The position numbers were made by a program, and so were the translations under genes. The notes beneath the pieces were generated by a model, which was not told where the DNA came from, ran no database searches, and worked only from the letters and a program-made list of their open reading frames with translations. Below, piece by piece: positions 1 to 12,848 of a DNA stretch of 64,000 nt. Each line of letters starts with the position of its first letter. Position 1 is the first letter of the stretch. Origin of the DNA: Podarcis pityusensis (lineage: Eukaryota); assembly GCA_964106645.2 (NCBI GenBank), contig OZ067050.1; one strand, 5' to 3'.

Positions 1-1719
1 CTTACACCAGGGGACAGCAAACTTTTTCAGCAGTTTTTTTTAATTTGTTTTTGTGTGTGTTATATTTTGGAAATGTACATCCAGGTGTTTTTTTTTTCCT
101 TTAATTTTTGGGGGGGGGGGCCAAGAGAGTGGGGCCCTAAGCTATAGCTTGTTTAGCTTATACATAAATCCGGCACTGAGTCCAGGAACACCTGGAAGGT
201 AATTTCCCCCATCTTTGGAGTAGTCAGTACCGGTGATGGGAAACATGCCCTCAGGCTAGCATCCTATGAAGGCATAACCTGGGGAGAGCTGTGGTTATTT
301 AGCAGCGGCAGAGCAAATAACTCGCATACCCCACCTCTACATATTAAATGGCTCTTGGGCTTTCATCCAATTAAGCTCTGGCTGTTCATATGCACCAAGT
401 GGAGGGTATACCAAGTACTGGACTTGCCTGCTGGTTGTAGCAGCTCTTTGGCAGGCAGACATCCCCACCCCCACCTTGTCCTCTTTCACTGGGGAATTCC
501 TGGATTGCACAACCATCTCGCCAGAGTCTCCTGCCTATTGAAATCCAGGGCATTTCTGCACTGTGGAAGTGAGATGTCGTATGGCAACCTAAAATGTACA
601 CTTTTAGGACACCTAAAGCATAGATGTGTCTTTCCTGGGGGGTGTTGGGAGAAACCGTGTATGGCAAAGTCAGGATTTCAAACATGAGTTGGTGGGGGCA
701 CCTTTGGCACTAGTAGAACAGCCAGGGAAACGGCTTCCACTTTATTTAAAAAAAAAAAGAAATTTGCTTAATGTAAAACACATGTACCAGTTATTTCCTT
801 TGGAATGCGGAGGGGCAAATATGCATTTCTGAACCCAGAAATGTGAGAGTTTCAAAGTTACATACATACTCTCCTACTTTATTATTTTTAATTTTGAAAA
901 AACTGATACAAACGTGTAATGAAAAAAGGAAAACTTTTGAGTGTTGAAAGCCAGGATGTTCTAACCAAGTGGGTTCTTTTTCCCGATTTCCAGAGAATTT
1001 AGGAAGGCTGGAAACCACACACACACACCCGAACCTGTTCAGAGTTCCCAGAATCCAGCAGAGGAAAGTCTGGATGAATGAAGATGAGGGTGCCTCTTAA
1101 GCATGTACAGAATGTCTTTTCATATCCACTCAGTAACCACAAGGCTCCTCTAGGGTGGCTTCTCTAAAATATCTCCTTCAATTTGTTTCCACTTGCGTTG
1201 GGGTAAAAACAAGAAGCAGCAGTCGTGCTTCTAACGAGAGTGGTTCCATTCGTTTAGCGACTGACTAAACCTCTCAGACCAGACAGTCCCGGAGACGGAG
1301 TTTTCCAAAGAACTCAGAAGCCCCAGTTATTTCCTTTAACCCAATACCATCCCCTCCCAAACTCCTTTCCCCTGCCGTTTCCTACAGGAGCTCTTTGTAT
1401 TCATTCATTCTCTATGCACCGCTCCCCCCCCCCCCTTTTAAAAGTAACCTTATTAAAACAAACAACCGCCTAGAGCAGCGGTCATTTCAGAGCAGCTTTC
1501 GGCTTCTGACATATCCCCTTTGATCTAACGTCTATTTATTAGAAATATTTTTATACCGCCCTTCGATCATATTCCCCGGGCGGTTTCCAAAAGGAAAGAA
1601 AACCCCTAAGCATAATAAACTTAAAAAGCCACAAAATCAAGGAGCAGCATGAAACAGGCTGTAGGGCTTGTTTTTGTGGGTTAAAGGAAAAACCAAAAAC
1701 CTCAGCGGGACCCTCTATT

Positions 1720-3400
1720 TGGGGAACCCAGGCGTCCTGGCACCCAGCTCTCCCGCCTCCCAGTCCCCGGTTAAATCCAGGCGACTCGTTGCCCTGCCCA
1801 GAAAATCCACAATTTCTCGCTCTGAGCTTTTCCTGCTTTAACTTGCTAGACACCCCCCCCCCGCCTCCCTCGCCCCCTTCCCAGATCAAAGGATGGAACC
1901 CAGGAGTCCTGGCTCCTTGCCCGCCAATCCTGGCCTTCCGGATCTGCGTGGGCGTCTCTATAGTGAGCCGAGGAAAGTCTTTGGAGCTGAGTCACAGACA
2001 GACCAGCGGTTCAGTCGCTCCTTTTTCTCATCCTCGGAGGCAGGGAGAGCGGTCGAGAGATGCTGCTGCCTTTGGGAGCCGTCCTGGTGGGGCTTTTCCC
2101 CTTCCTGTGCAGGATAGCCTCGGGAGAGCCGGTTCCAGGTAAAGGGGTCTCCGGAAGCGGCGGGGTGGGATGGTTTGGAGTGGGGTCGTCTCACCCAGCC
2201 GCCTTCACAGCTATAAAGCCAAGGTGGGTAGGAGGCAAGGAGGTGAAACTTCGTCTCCCGGGCATGGAGATGGGGAGGCTGTACCGGTTGAACTTCCTCT
2301 GCCGGCTGCTAGTCCGTCGAGCTTATTACTGTCTACACTGACAGTGTAGCGGCTCTCCGTTGTCCCAGCTCCACCTGAGAATACTGGATCTTTGACGACG
2401 GGGTGGGCTAGGGATGGGGGCTGTTGGGCTGTCCCCCCGAGAACGCGAAGTGGCAAAGCAACCCAGATACGAAGGGGCCAAGCGAGTATGTCAGCTTTCG
2501 AATCACACAGAACTCCGTTCAACAGCCCTGTGTCTAGACGTAGCGGCGTTTCCATCCATTCCTCTGCGTGGGTGTAAAGCCCTCTCTTGTGCTGCTCTAA
2601 CAGTTGCTCTCCAGGCAGAAGTTCAACAGGTGCAACCTTTTAAACCATTCGCGTCTGAGAGAGGGCTCGACCTGTTGAATCTTTTCCTGTAGCGGAGCTG
2701 CCAACGACACATAGCTGCGGGGACAGGGAAAGTGACGAGTCCAATGTTTGGAACGGATCCCCCCCAGCCCGGCTTAATCCACAGCAGAGGCGAAGGGGAG
2801 AGGGGGCGGGGTTCTAGCCCGCCTAGGAAAGGGAAGGCCGTCTGCCCATGCCCAGAGGCGCTTTCGACACTCACGATTTCCGCGAGTTAATGGCGCGGAG
2901 CCCCGCCCCCCGCGAAAAGAAGATCAATGGCAGAAACGAGACTGGTCCGCGTTGGAATTTCCATGAGTTCGGTGCCACGCCCCCTCGGCCACCGCCGCCT
3001 CCCCATTGGCTGCCTTGCGGGTGAAAGTTTCCTTTTTCTCCGCAAGTCACAAGTGAGGAAACTGGGACAGGAGAGCAGGATCCGGGCAGCGGACAATTGG
3101 GGGGTGGGGAGAGAGAAATCTGACGCCCGCTGCATCAGGCGACCCACATGGTGACTCACCCACCGGCTCCGCCCCACCGTCTATTTCGTCCCACTTCTGG
3201 GCCCGGCGCCATCTGTTTGCTCGCTTGCACGGGGCATATTTTATCAATGAAGTCACTTGAAAGGGGGGGAGGGGGTCCTTGTCCTCCCCCGCGCCACAAC
3301 TTCGCCACGTGATGCTCTCAGTCTTGACCCCCCGATGCTCTCCTGCTGCTGCTCGGGGCTGGTTCAGGTTTCGGGGCGAAACACGACACCCCTTTCCCTA
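1720..3400. promoter_or_regulatory. CpG-rich promoter and first-intron regulatory region of TNFRSF12A
   Basis: High CpG density; GC boxes; AP-1 sites TGAGTCA 1988-1994 and TGACTCA 3152-3158; kB-like GGAATTTCC 2954-2962; CACGTG near 3306. Confidence 0.65.
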
Positions 3401-5792
3401 CTGACGTTACCCCTCTGGAAATAGACCCTCATGTCATGGGAGGGAGGGAGGGAGGGACAGGAGAGCCTCGTGTATGGATCTTTTTCTTCTTTTTCATTCA
3501 GCTGTTAAGCGTCTTCATGTTCTGACTTGTCGCTTGATTGCTTTCATTCATTCAGCTTCTTCCTAATCGTCTTTCTCTCTCTCCCACCCCGGCTCGTTTT
3601 ACAGCGCGCTCCTCCTGAGCCGCGATTTGCTCGGGAGTCCAGAGGCTGCAATGAGCCCAGCGGGCCTGGCTTCCAAAGAAGCCTGCTTGCGAATCCCAGC
3701 CCCCCCCCAACCCCTTCATCTCTCCCTGAATTATAGCCTTTCCAAGCTGGTTTTGGAGGGCAGCAGAGCCAGCCAACACGGATGTCACATTCATACCACC
3801 CATGGCTTCCCCCCACGGAACATAGAGCCAACTCCTAGGGGCCGAGGTCCTTTCACCCCCCCCCCTAAAATATTTGAGGGGGTCATTCCCCCCCCGAAGA
3901 AAGTTGATGGGCATTTCCATTCAAATTGGGGGGGGTGTCGCATCATGTGATCAATTATGTGGGGCAGGGCTTACCTCCCCCCCCCCCATATTTTATTCAA
4001 GTTGTCACCTTTGCTGGGAACCATAGCTAAGGCTGTTTGGAATTGTAGCTCTCTGTCTGTGGTTAAACTACAGTTCCCAGGATTCTTGTGCTGGGGGGAG
4101 TCATGACTCTTACAGAGGTATAAACCTGCTGGATGTGACTTACCAAAACACCTGTATGTACTAGCAACATTCATTTTTTTTCAAGTTTGATGTTTCATTA
4201 TGTTTTTATATATGCTGTAAGCCGCCCAGAGTGGCTGGGAAACCCAGCCATAATAATAATACAATAATAATAGTAATAATAATAGCAATAATAATAATAA
4301 CAACAATAACAGCCACCTTTCAACAACAACCACCTTTTCCTCCAAGTAGCTCAAGGTGGTATATGTAACTCTCCCCATTTTATCCTGACAACAACCCTGT
4401 GAGGAAGGTTAGGCTGATACAGATGTCAGTGCTTCCACAGCCAAGAGACTCCTGCCTAAATTTTCCTTTTCTCTCCCCCCCCCCCTCCAGCTTCCGTGTG
4501 CCCCGGAGGCCAGTCTTGGAGCCCAGACCTGGAGAAATGCATGGACTGCTCTGTCTGCCAGCGTCAAAACAAGAATGACTTTTGCACCACATGTGAGTGG
4601 CCGGCACCAACCCTTACCCACCATGCACTGGGGCAGGAACCTTGGGTTGCTCCAGCTGCATTGACTTCTTATATCGACAAGCCATTTGTGAGAGTAGAAC
4701 TGGGATTTGGGGGGGGGGGATTGAGGGCAGGAAACCAGGAATGGTATCTTTCCACCTGCAAGGGTGATCTGCACCGAACCCCTCTCTATTTCACGCCCCT
4801 CCTTCCATTGCCTTCACAACAGCCCTTTAAGCCAGGCTATGAGACAGTGATGGGCCTGGGTGTCACCCCTCCACCCGGCAAGCTTTATGGCTGAACGGAA
4901 ATTCGAACCCGGGCCCTAATCTAACATTCTCTACCCACTATACCGCACTGACACTGAAGGGTGCAGGACTCTGTGCACGGCAGGTGTAGAAAAACTGGCA
5001 TGAATCCAGGGAGAGGAGGACCAAATATCAAATGTACATAGAAAGAGATCTTCATCACATTAAACAGAATTTGAAAAACATTATTTTTTTTGTTTGGGGT
5101 TTTGTTTTGCTTCTCTTCTCCCTGCACCCCTGCTCCTCCCAGCTGGCATAAGTATGTGCTGAAATCTGGTCCCCAAAAAGCCTGCGGCTTGAAAAGAAAA
5201 AGATCAGCGACATTCCCCAGCCTGAATTCGAAGCTGAGATTTGCAACTTTTTATTTTTGGCACCGTTTCATTCCTCTTCCAGCCGTGGGTCAAGCGACTG
5301 GCCTTGTGGGAAATGGTTTAGCAGGAAGGAAAAGGGGATGTTGTTGAAGACAAGTCTGGTTCAAATTGTGAAGAGACTCTCCTCTGAGGGGAGCCCCAGG
5401 AAGAAGTGCTGGGATCAGAAGCGGATCAGGCTTTCGGGAAACTCGGCTAAGTTTAACCCTTCCCTCTCTCTTCTCTCTGGCAGGCGGAGACCCTCAACTC
5501 CCAGACAACTTCAATATGTGGCTTATGGTGGGAGCATCTCTGGGCGCCTTAACTCTGGCGGTTTTGATAGGTGGCATCATAATCTACGCCCGCTGCCGAC
5601 GGCGGGAGAAATTCACCAGTAAGTCACTTCTTTCCCGTTATCTAACCCTAAACTCGAGTCTTTCCTGGGAGCATCTCGACAACAGAGCCCTCCCCGCCCC
5701 CCTGCACTTATGGCTAAACTTTGCCTTCTCTATTTCCAGCACCAATTGAAGAGACTGGAGGCCATTCAGCTCAGGAATCGCTGATACACTGA
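2060..5792 (+). CDS. TNFRSF12A: TNF receptor superfamily member 12A (Fn14/TWEAK receptor), 122 aa, 4 coding exons
   Basis: Exons 2060-2138, 4491-4592, 5484-5618, 5740-5792; all GT-AG and phase 1; total 369 nt. Signal peptide MLLPLGAVLVGLFPFLCRIASG, single cysteine-rich domain CPGGQSWSPDLEKCMDCSVC...DFCTTC, transmembrane segment, then RCRRREKFTTPIEETGG containing the TRAF-binding PIEET motif typical of Fn14. Confidence 0.96.
4200..4312 (+). mobile_element. L2-type LINE 3' end with (ATA)n tail
   Basis: GTAAGCCGCCCAGAGTGGCTGGGAAACCCAGCC followed by ATA repeats; same terminus as the L2 copy at 39360-39720. Confidence 0.6.
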
Positions 5793-6531
5793 AGGTAAGA
5801 ACGGATGCTTCCAATCTGTAACCACAGCTCCATCCTACCCCGCTCGCTTCTGCCAGTTGCATTAACTTAGCATCTTTCACTTAAGCATCTTTCAAGAGCT
5901 GTAGGGGGAAAGCTGGGTAATGTGTCCAGGCTTTTCCTCTTCCTCCATTCCCATAATCCCAAAACTGGGTTTGAGAAAACGACAACGTGCGTTTGCAGGA
6001 GTATTTATTAAATTAGCAGGACAGATGGTTGCAAATAGGGTTTTCTTTAACAAGGCATAGATTCAGTTGTGCGGATCATAGAATTGTAGAATTGGAAGGG
6101 ATTCTGACTGTGATCTAGTTCAACGCTCTGCCATGCAGGAATATGAACTGAAGCATCTATGACAGATGGCCACCCAGCCTCTCAGCGTCCAGCTCTCCTG
6201 GGTGGTTGTTTCTCAAATCTCAACCCTTGGTGGGGTGTATTTTTATCTGAGAAGTAAATAAATCCTGCCCTTTCTCAGGGCAGCGTAAACGGAACTCTCT
6301 GCTCTGTAACCCTCACAACAGCTCTGGGAAATAGGATACCCTGAAAGATGGTGTCTGACCCAAAATTACCCAGTATGCTTTGGACCTGGGTCACTCTTAA
6401 GCCCACCTTCCCCAACCTGGATATGATGGGAGTCTTATAGCCAGGATGGCTGAGGGGCCTAAGGCGCTAGGCTCAAGTTGCAGCCTCTCGCCTGGAGGCA
6501 CGTTTTTGAATCCCGCTTCTGACAATACATA

Positions 6532-6927
6532 TCGTATTTTTTGCTCTATAAGACGCACTTTTTCCCCTCCAAAAATTAAGGGGAAATGTGTGTGTGTCCT
6601 ATGGAGCGAATGCAGGCTCCTTGGCTTCAGCGAAATCAACGCAAAGCCTCTGGAGTGCAGAGGGAGCACTCCCTCCGTGCTCCGGAGGCTTCGCGTTGCT
6701 TTCGCTGAAGCCTGGAGAGCAAGACTCTCCTGGCTTCAGCAGAGAGGGAGAGCTGCACAGCACCCCTTCAGCGAAGCGGGAGGAGAAATGGAAGGGGCTC
6801 CGTTTCTCCTGCCGCTTCGCTGAAGGGGCACTGAGCAGAGAGGGGGAGAATTATTTTTTCTTGTTCTCCCCCTCTAAAACTGGGTGCGTCCTATGGTCAG
6901 GTGCGTCTTATAGAGCGAAAAATGAGG
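6532..6927. mobile_element. Non-autonomous Tc1/mariner-pogo-type DNA element
   Basis: Terminal inverted repeats TCGTATTTTTTGCTCTATAAGACGCAC ... GTGCGTCTTATAGAGCGAAAAATGAGG, flanked by TA; internal hairpins. Confidence 0.75.
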
Positions 6928-7148
6928 TATTTTTACATGGAAGCAGCGCTCTGCCTCCTTGGTCTTGCTTGCAAGCATCTGGGTGGCCACTTTAAGAACA
7001 AGATGCTGAACTAGATGAGCCCCTGACTTGATCCTGCAAGGGCTCGTCTTGCATTCTTACTTGAATAACACCTGGAGGTCAACAAATTTGTCTCCAGGCC
7101 TTTGACAATCCATTTTTTACATTCATTCTTTTCTCTCCCGCCCCACAG

Positions 7149-8000
7149 ATCATCTTGGTCGACATTTCAAGTGCAAGAGAAGAGATACATCCAGCCTCTT
7201 CATTACCTCTGACTTTTCCTGAAGAATCCGGACAGGACGTTTTCCTTTGACCCTGCAGGGGCCTTACACTTTTGCACACATGCCAACTGACTCACTCACT
7301 CACTCACACTTGGGGGGGGGGAACGTGGTGTGTGGGGAGGTCTTCCGCCTTCTTAACCTTCTGTACATTTCGGGAAAGGAAAAGAAAAGTATTTGTTTTC
7401 CCCCTTTGGAACGGCGCATCCGTCTCCCTCTAAATTTTTCAGTGTTAGGGGAGGAGCAAAAGGGGTGGGGTGGGAAATGCCTCTCTTTTTCCCTCCGGTG
7501 CCCCACGATCTTAATGCCCCATATTGGGGAGATGAAATTTCATGCTGGGGAGTCAGCTGCAGAGAGAGCTTTTCAGCTGCCAAGTCTTCCCAGCTAGGTC
7601 ACTTTTTGCTAGGAAGGTCACGGCATCGCCTGTGCCGTTTCCCACTGCGGAGCATCTTAGGGCTAACAATGAATGTGATTCTTAGATTATCTGTATATAG
7701 AGAAGTCTTATTTGGGTGCTAAGGCTCTCCAGGAGAGCAGCAGGGACTGTCTTTTCAACTGAGCCTCTTGTGCGGTGGCTGGGCCACGACGCAAGGAGCC
7801 ACAAGACCCCCAACTACCCTCAGTTCTTCCTGTTTCTCCTCTGCCCTTGGTGCTTGAGCAGAGAGACACTGCTATTTATATCTCTAACGTTTAATTTTAT
7901 GGGTGTGATTTTCAGGCACGGGGAGGGGGGTGGGGAACAGCATGTCATTTCATGAACCAGAGTTTGTGGATTTAAATAAAAAATAGAATTAATTATCGAT
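7149..8000 (+). other. TNFRSF12A: Probable terminal non-coding (3' UTR) exon of TNFRSF12A
   Basis: Donor AG|GTAAGA at 5795, 2 nt after the stop codon; pyrimidine tract plus CAG acceptor ending at 7148; AATAAA at 7975-7980. Confidence 0.55.
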
Positions 8001-8969
8001 GAAACGAGGGGTGCTTTATTTTGGTTACGAAAGTGTGGCGGCAGGACTGAATACTCGACAGCGTTTTATGTGGGCAACTCCCCATTTACACGTGTGTCAC
8101 CCAAACCCAGAATTGGCACTTAAGGTGGCAAACAAAAATGGCGCAGAAACAGCGTCTAGCAATCCCACGAGCCTTTGCAAGTCCAATCCCAAGAGTGCTG
8201 CTGGTTTCTCAAAGGGTTTCCTTTAAGAAGGGTTTCCAGAGGCTGAGAAGGTGTTTGCAGGATTTTTCAATGGTGTCCGCCATATACACGATTTCACTTA
8301 AACGTGTGATACCTTGGAACGTAACCCCTGCATAAATGGGAAGCTGCCTGAATTATTCTTATTTTGAGTGCTCAGAGCATTATGTATATAATGAATGAGG
8401 AATCCTTACAGCAGAAGTGGGCGGTCTATGGGCCCCCCAACTCCCATCAGTCCCAGCCAGTGAGGCCAATGGGTCAGGGATGACAAGAGATGTCATCTAG
8501 GAACACCTGGAGGGCCATTGGGTTCCCTGTCCCTTGCCGTATAACAACACTGTCAGGTGGATGAGAATGAGGAGGACGTTGCAGCCAGGGGGGCTGCAGG
8601 TCTGACTTGCCTGAATCGTCCCCATTCCTTGGACTAGGAGGGGAACCAGGAGGCAGCACAGCTCAACTGGCAAAGCCAGTTTTTGGGTCCTGAAGCTTGA
8701 ACTGCTATGGGGGCCCCTTCGCAACCAACAATGAGGTCTGGGTAACCCTTGTTACCTTCTTCAAGGGGGTTGTTCCATGGCAGATCACCACTACTGACTC
8801 CCAAACTTTGGGGTTGTTGAATTAGAGACAACAACAAAAACAATCCGTTTGAGTTGTGTGACTCAAATTGGGTCTACTAGAAACATCATTTTATGTCGCT
8901 TTTGGGGTTCCCTCTGGGATTAGGGGCCCTGATCATGGACACTCCTGTAAAAAAAAGGGAAAATACTTG

Positions 8970-9399
8970 CCCAGTAGTGATGTATGGAAGTGAGAGCTGG
9001 ACCATTAAGAAGGCTGATCGCCGAAGAATTGATGCTTTTGAATTATGGTGCTGGAGAAGACTCTTGAGAGTCCCATGGACTGCAAGAAGATCAAACCTAT
9101 CCATTCTGAAGGAAATCAGTCCTGAGTGCTCACTGGAAGGACAGAACCTGAAGCTGAGGCTCCAATACTTTGGCCACCTCATGAGAAGAGAAGATTCCCT
9201 GGAAAAGACCCTGATGTTGGGAAAGATGGAGGGCACAAGGAGAAGGGGACAACAGAGGATGAGATGGTTGGACAGTGTTCTCGAAGCTACCAGCATGAGT
9301 TTGACCAAACTGTGGGAGGCAGTGGAAGACAGGAGTGCCTGGCGTGCTCTGGTCCATGGGGTCACAAAGAGCTGGAGATGACTAAACAACTAAACAACA
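8970..9399 (+). mobile_element. BovB (RTE-clade) LINE, 5'-truncated 3' end
   Basis: Translation MYGSESWTIKKADRRRIDAFELWCWRRLLRVPWTARRSN...QYFGHLMRR...LEKTLMLGK...WRALVHGVTKS matches the BovB ORF C-terminus; ACTAAACAAC repeat tail. Confidence 0.92.
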
Positions 9400-10342
9400 T
9401 CATTCTCATTTCCCCCAAAGAGTCCCTTCTTCCCTGCCATTCCCTGGCTGCCTCAAGCTGAGCTCTGGCCCTTTTCAAGCCTTGAGTGGTCCCAGATACA
9501 CAGTGCAGAATCAAATCACTTGAAATGACTGGAGCTTCCTTCCCTTTGGATGGGGAGGGAGGGCATGGTTGGGAATGCAGCTGTTTGGGTGGTTTCCTGT
9601 CTTCCTTTAAATCCAGAGCGTAGCCTGAAGGCACCTTGATGTAGCTCTCTCCTTAGGAACGGAGCAGGCCTGAACTTGGCTGCTGCTCAGATGGGAGACG
9701 GCGTGAGCTGCTGTCGGCACTTTGAAAGGCTGGGGCTGGATGTTGTAATTGCCTTTAATTAGCTTCCTCCGCAGACAAAGCACAGCGTCTAATGGATGAC
9801 TACCTGCACTCATGGAAATTGTGCTTGCACCCCATTACCTTTCTGGGGTGTATCTCATTCAGTGGCTTCTTAGATGTGGCTGGGCCGCCTCCCAGCTCCC
9901 CAGCTCTCATCATAGGACTTCTTCTAGGTTTCCCATCCCCCCCTTGTGTACCTGGAAGGCTACAGTCTCCCAGGTGTACCTGCCTGTTCTTTTCAAAGGT
10001 CAACAGAGGCCCTGCTCTGCGTAGCTGCACCTTCAAATGACAGGCAGGTAATGGCGGCCAGCGGGGCCTTAGTAGTGGTGGCACCTCATCTTTGGTGGTG
10101 CTTTCTTGCCCGGTAACATTGGCTCAGCAGCACCCGCAAGAGTAGCATTTGCACACCAGGCAGCAACTTGTTCTGATTCCCTGAGCAGTGATGTCTTTGC
10201 TACGGTTGCTTCTTATTACAGCTTCTCCAATTATTACTATTATTATGAGGGTCTGTACACATGGTGGCTATCATACATACAAACCCTGCTTGCATATATA
10301 GGACTGCAGCCACGGTTTAATTTTCTCCCGATGCTCATCTCT

Positions 10343-10471
10343 CAGCTCGGTTGGTTAGAGCGTAGTGCTGATAACGCCAAGCTTGCAGGTTCGATCTCCG
10401 TATGGGACAGCTGCATTGCAGGGGGTTGGACTAGATGACCCTCAGGGTCCCTTCCAACCATACAATTCTAT
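10343..10471 (+). mobile_element. tRNA-Ile-derived SINE with CR1-like 3' tail
   Basis: Head GCTCGGTTGGTTAGAGCGTAGTGCTGATAACGCCAAG...GGTTCGATC resembles tRNA-Ile (A and B boxes); tail GGGGGTTGGACTAGATGACCCTCAGGGTCCCTTCCAAC...ATTCTA is CR1 3' UTR-like. Confidence 0.75.
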
Positions 10472-11829
10472 TTTTTTTATTTTTTTTAACCACGCTGTGT
10501 CTCCTAACGCTCTGCTTTCACTTGTTCTTCCTTTATTCTGACGTTGGGATCCCTTGGAAGACGGCCAAGTTGCGGCAGGGGGAGGCCCTGTAGGTAAGGA
10601 AATGCTTATTAACCAAGCCACATAACCATTAAATGCTTCTGCAATCTCCCGGCTCTCCCCCGGCTCTTCTTTTCTTTAATTTTCTTCTTCACTTCCCGAT
10701 TTCTGTCCTTTAAAAGCCTTTGGCTGGGTCCTCCCCTCCTCCCCCATAATTTCCTTTCTCCTCTTCTCCCCCCCCCCCACCTCTCCCTGTGACTCACCCT
10801 CTCCCTCTCTTTTCCTTGCACTTGCCCTTATGGCCTTGCTGGCTGAACATTCCTGTCCCCTTAGTTCATACCAGCCTGTCCGCTGACACCACCCAGTGAG
10901 TCATCTGAAGGTGTGGGGCAGCTTGAGCCAGAGAGGGAGGGAGAACATGACTTGGGAGGGGGGGGCAGAGAAAGCTCTCAACACCTGAGCCTCCCTCCAA
11001 CTCCAGAGATCAGTCCAAAGTCTGCTACAAAAACCCCTTCGATCAGTCTAGTCCCGCCCCCCCAGAGATGTTGTCTGTGAAGCAGATCAAACCAACTCTA
11101 TTTAAATTCTAAGGTGTGTGAGATTTTTAAAAACAAAATAAAAATGAGGTGATGTTGATCCACTGAGAGAACGTCTGTTCTGTATTGTAAGAGAGCTTAA
11201 TATAGCTCAGGGATCGACAAGTGTAACTTCATAGCAGCGGAGCTCAGAACTTCAGCAGCAAAGAACTTGAAGAGGCAAGAACAATTTAAAAAAGCAAAAT
11301 CTTAAGAGTGTCTTAAAAAAGAAAATGAAGCTACAACTGGCCCTAGCTAGCCCTGGTCTCTCTGGGAATAAGAAGGGGGGTGGGATGTTGGTCACCGGTT
11401 GCTTTAAAGCATCATGGGGTTCAAGCAGCTGAAATAGATGACACTCTTTTCTGTGGACCGAAGAAAAAAGATTGCTTAATTGTCAGTTCTTGTCTGCTTC
11501 CAGATGGCCTGCTTATTGAGCATACATGATCCTGAGATGTTTACAGGTTGGTGAGGCTACACTGGCTATTTTCATCCTGATTTGTTTGTGGGGAGGTTAA
11601 ATGTCATTACTGTATCCCACATTTTCCAGTCTCTTTCCCCATCTCTTTCCTTATTGCAAACTGTCAGGTCACTGCTGGGTAAATATTCTCCATTGTAATG
11701 GTGCAACCTGAATTTGCCAGTATGTGGTTGAATCTCACCCCAAAATAGCAGCAGTCTGAAAGTGCCCTTAGTAATGTGGGTAAAGGACCACTTTGATCAG
11801 GTTGAATTGTGGAAGGGATCAAATAAGAT

Positions 11830-12159
11830 AGGTAAAAGTAAAGGACCCCTGGACGGTTAAGTCCAGTCAAAGGTGACCATGGGGTTGCTTTCAGGCCAAG
11901 GGAGCCGGCGTTCGTCCACAGGCAGCTTTCCGGGTCATGTGGCTGGGACACCGTGAGTGCACAGAAACACCATTTACCTTCCTGCCGCAGCAGTACCTAT
12001 TTATCTACTTGCACTGGTGTGCTTTTGAACTGCTAGGTTGGCAGGAGCTGGGACAGAGCGACGGGAGCTCACCTCGTCATGGGGATTTGAACTGCTGACC
12101 TTCCAATCGGCAAGCCCAAGAGGCTCAGTGGTTTAGACCACAGCTCCACCTGCATCCCC
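11830..12159 (-). mobile_element. Sauria SINE
   Basis: Reverse-complemented (ACCTTT)n tail, body CAGCTTTCCGGGTCATGTGGC...TACCTATTTATCTACTTGCAC...CTGCTAGGTTGGCAGGAGCTGG, tRNA-like head; paralogous to 18569-18968. Confidence 0.85.
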
Positions 12160-12378
12160 ACTGAAGGATACAGAGTTGAACAATCACTCTTGTGTTCATG
12201 AGGAACTTTAGGAATTGTAGCTCTGTGAGGGGAATACTGGTCTCCTCAAATCTCTCAGCACCCCTAGCAAACTACAGTTGCCAGAATAGTTTAATGAGTG
12301 TTGAAAGTCGTATCTCAGTGTTATAAATGTATGGTGTGAATACGGCCTAAGAGAGATGGTTCAGCATTCTCCAACATA

Positions 12379-12601
12379 CAGTGGTACCTCGGCTTAAGTA
12401 CCGTACTTAATTCGTTCTGGAGGTCCGTTCTTAACCTGAAACTGTTCTTAACCTCAGGTACCATTTTAGCTAATGGGGCCTCCCGCTGCCGCTGCTGCGT
12501 GATTTCTGTTCTCATCCTGAAGCAAGGTTCTTAACCCGAGGTACTATTTCTGGGTTAGCGGAGTCTGTAACCTGAAGCGTATGTAACCTGAGGTACCACT
12601 G
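12379..12601. mobile_element. pogo/Tigger-like MITE (~230-bp family)
   Basis: TIR CAGTGGTACCTC...GAGGTACCACTG with TA TSD; five copies in the window. Confidence 0.85.
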
Positions 12602-12603
12602 TA

Positions 12604-12848
12604 CAGTCATACCTCGGGTTACAGACGCTTCAGGTTGCATTTTTTTGGGTTATGGATGCGCCAAAACCCGGAAGTACCAGAATGGGTTGTTTCCAGGTTT
12701 CAGCGATCGCGAATGTGCAGAAGCGCTAAATCACGCTTTGCATATGCGCAGAAGTGCCGAATCACAACCATCGCGTACGCAGATGCGGCGCTGTGGGATG
12801 TGAACGCGCCTCCCACATGGATCACCTTCGCAACCCAAGCGTCCACTG
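12604..12848. mobile_element. Related pogo/Tigger-like MITE abutting the previous copy
   Basis: CAGTCATACCTCGGGTT...AACCCAAGCGTCCACTG, TA on both sides; shares the TA at 12602-12603 with the preceding element. Confidence 0.7.

Noticed and set aside
8886-9389. 167-aa ORF on the - strand
   Set aside because: It is the antisense frame of the BovB fragment.
10343-10410. Possible functional tRNA genes (also at 36828, 48945 and 57668)
   Set aside because: Acceptor stems are degenerate and most continue into LINE-like tails; these are SINE heads.
11480-11700. Isolated exon-like segments (acceptor near 11502, donor near 11546)
   Set aside because: No recognisable protein similarity and no consistent multi-exon model.
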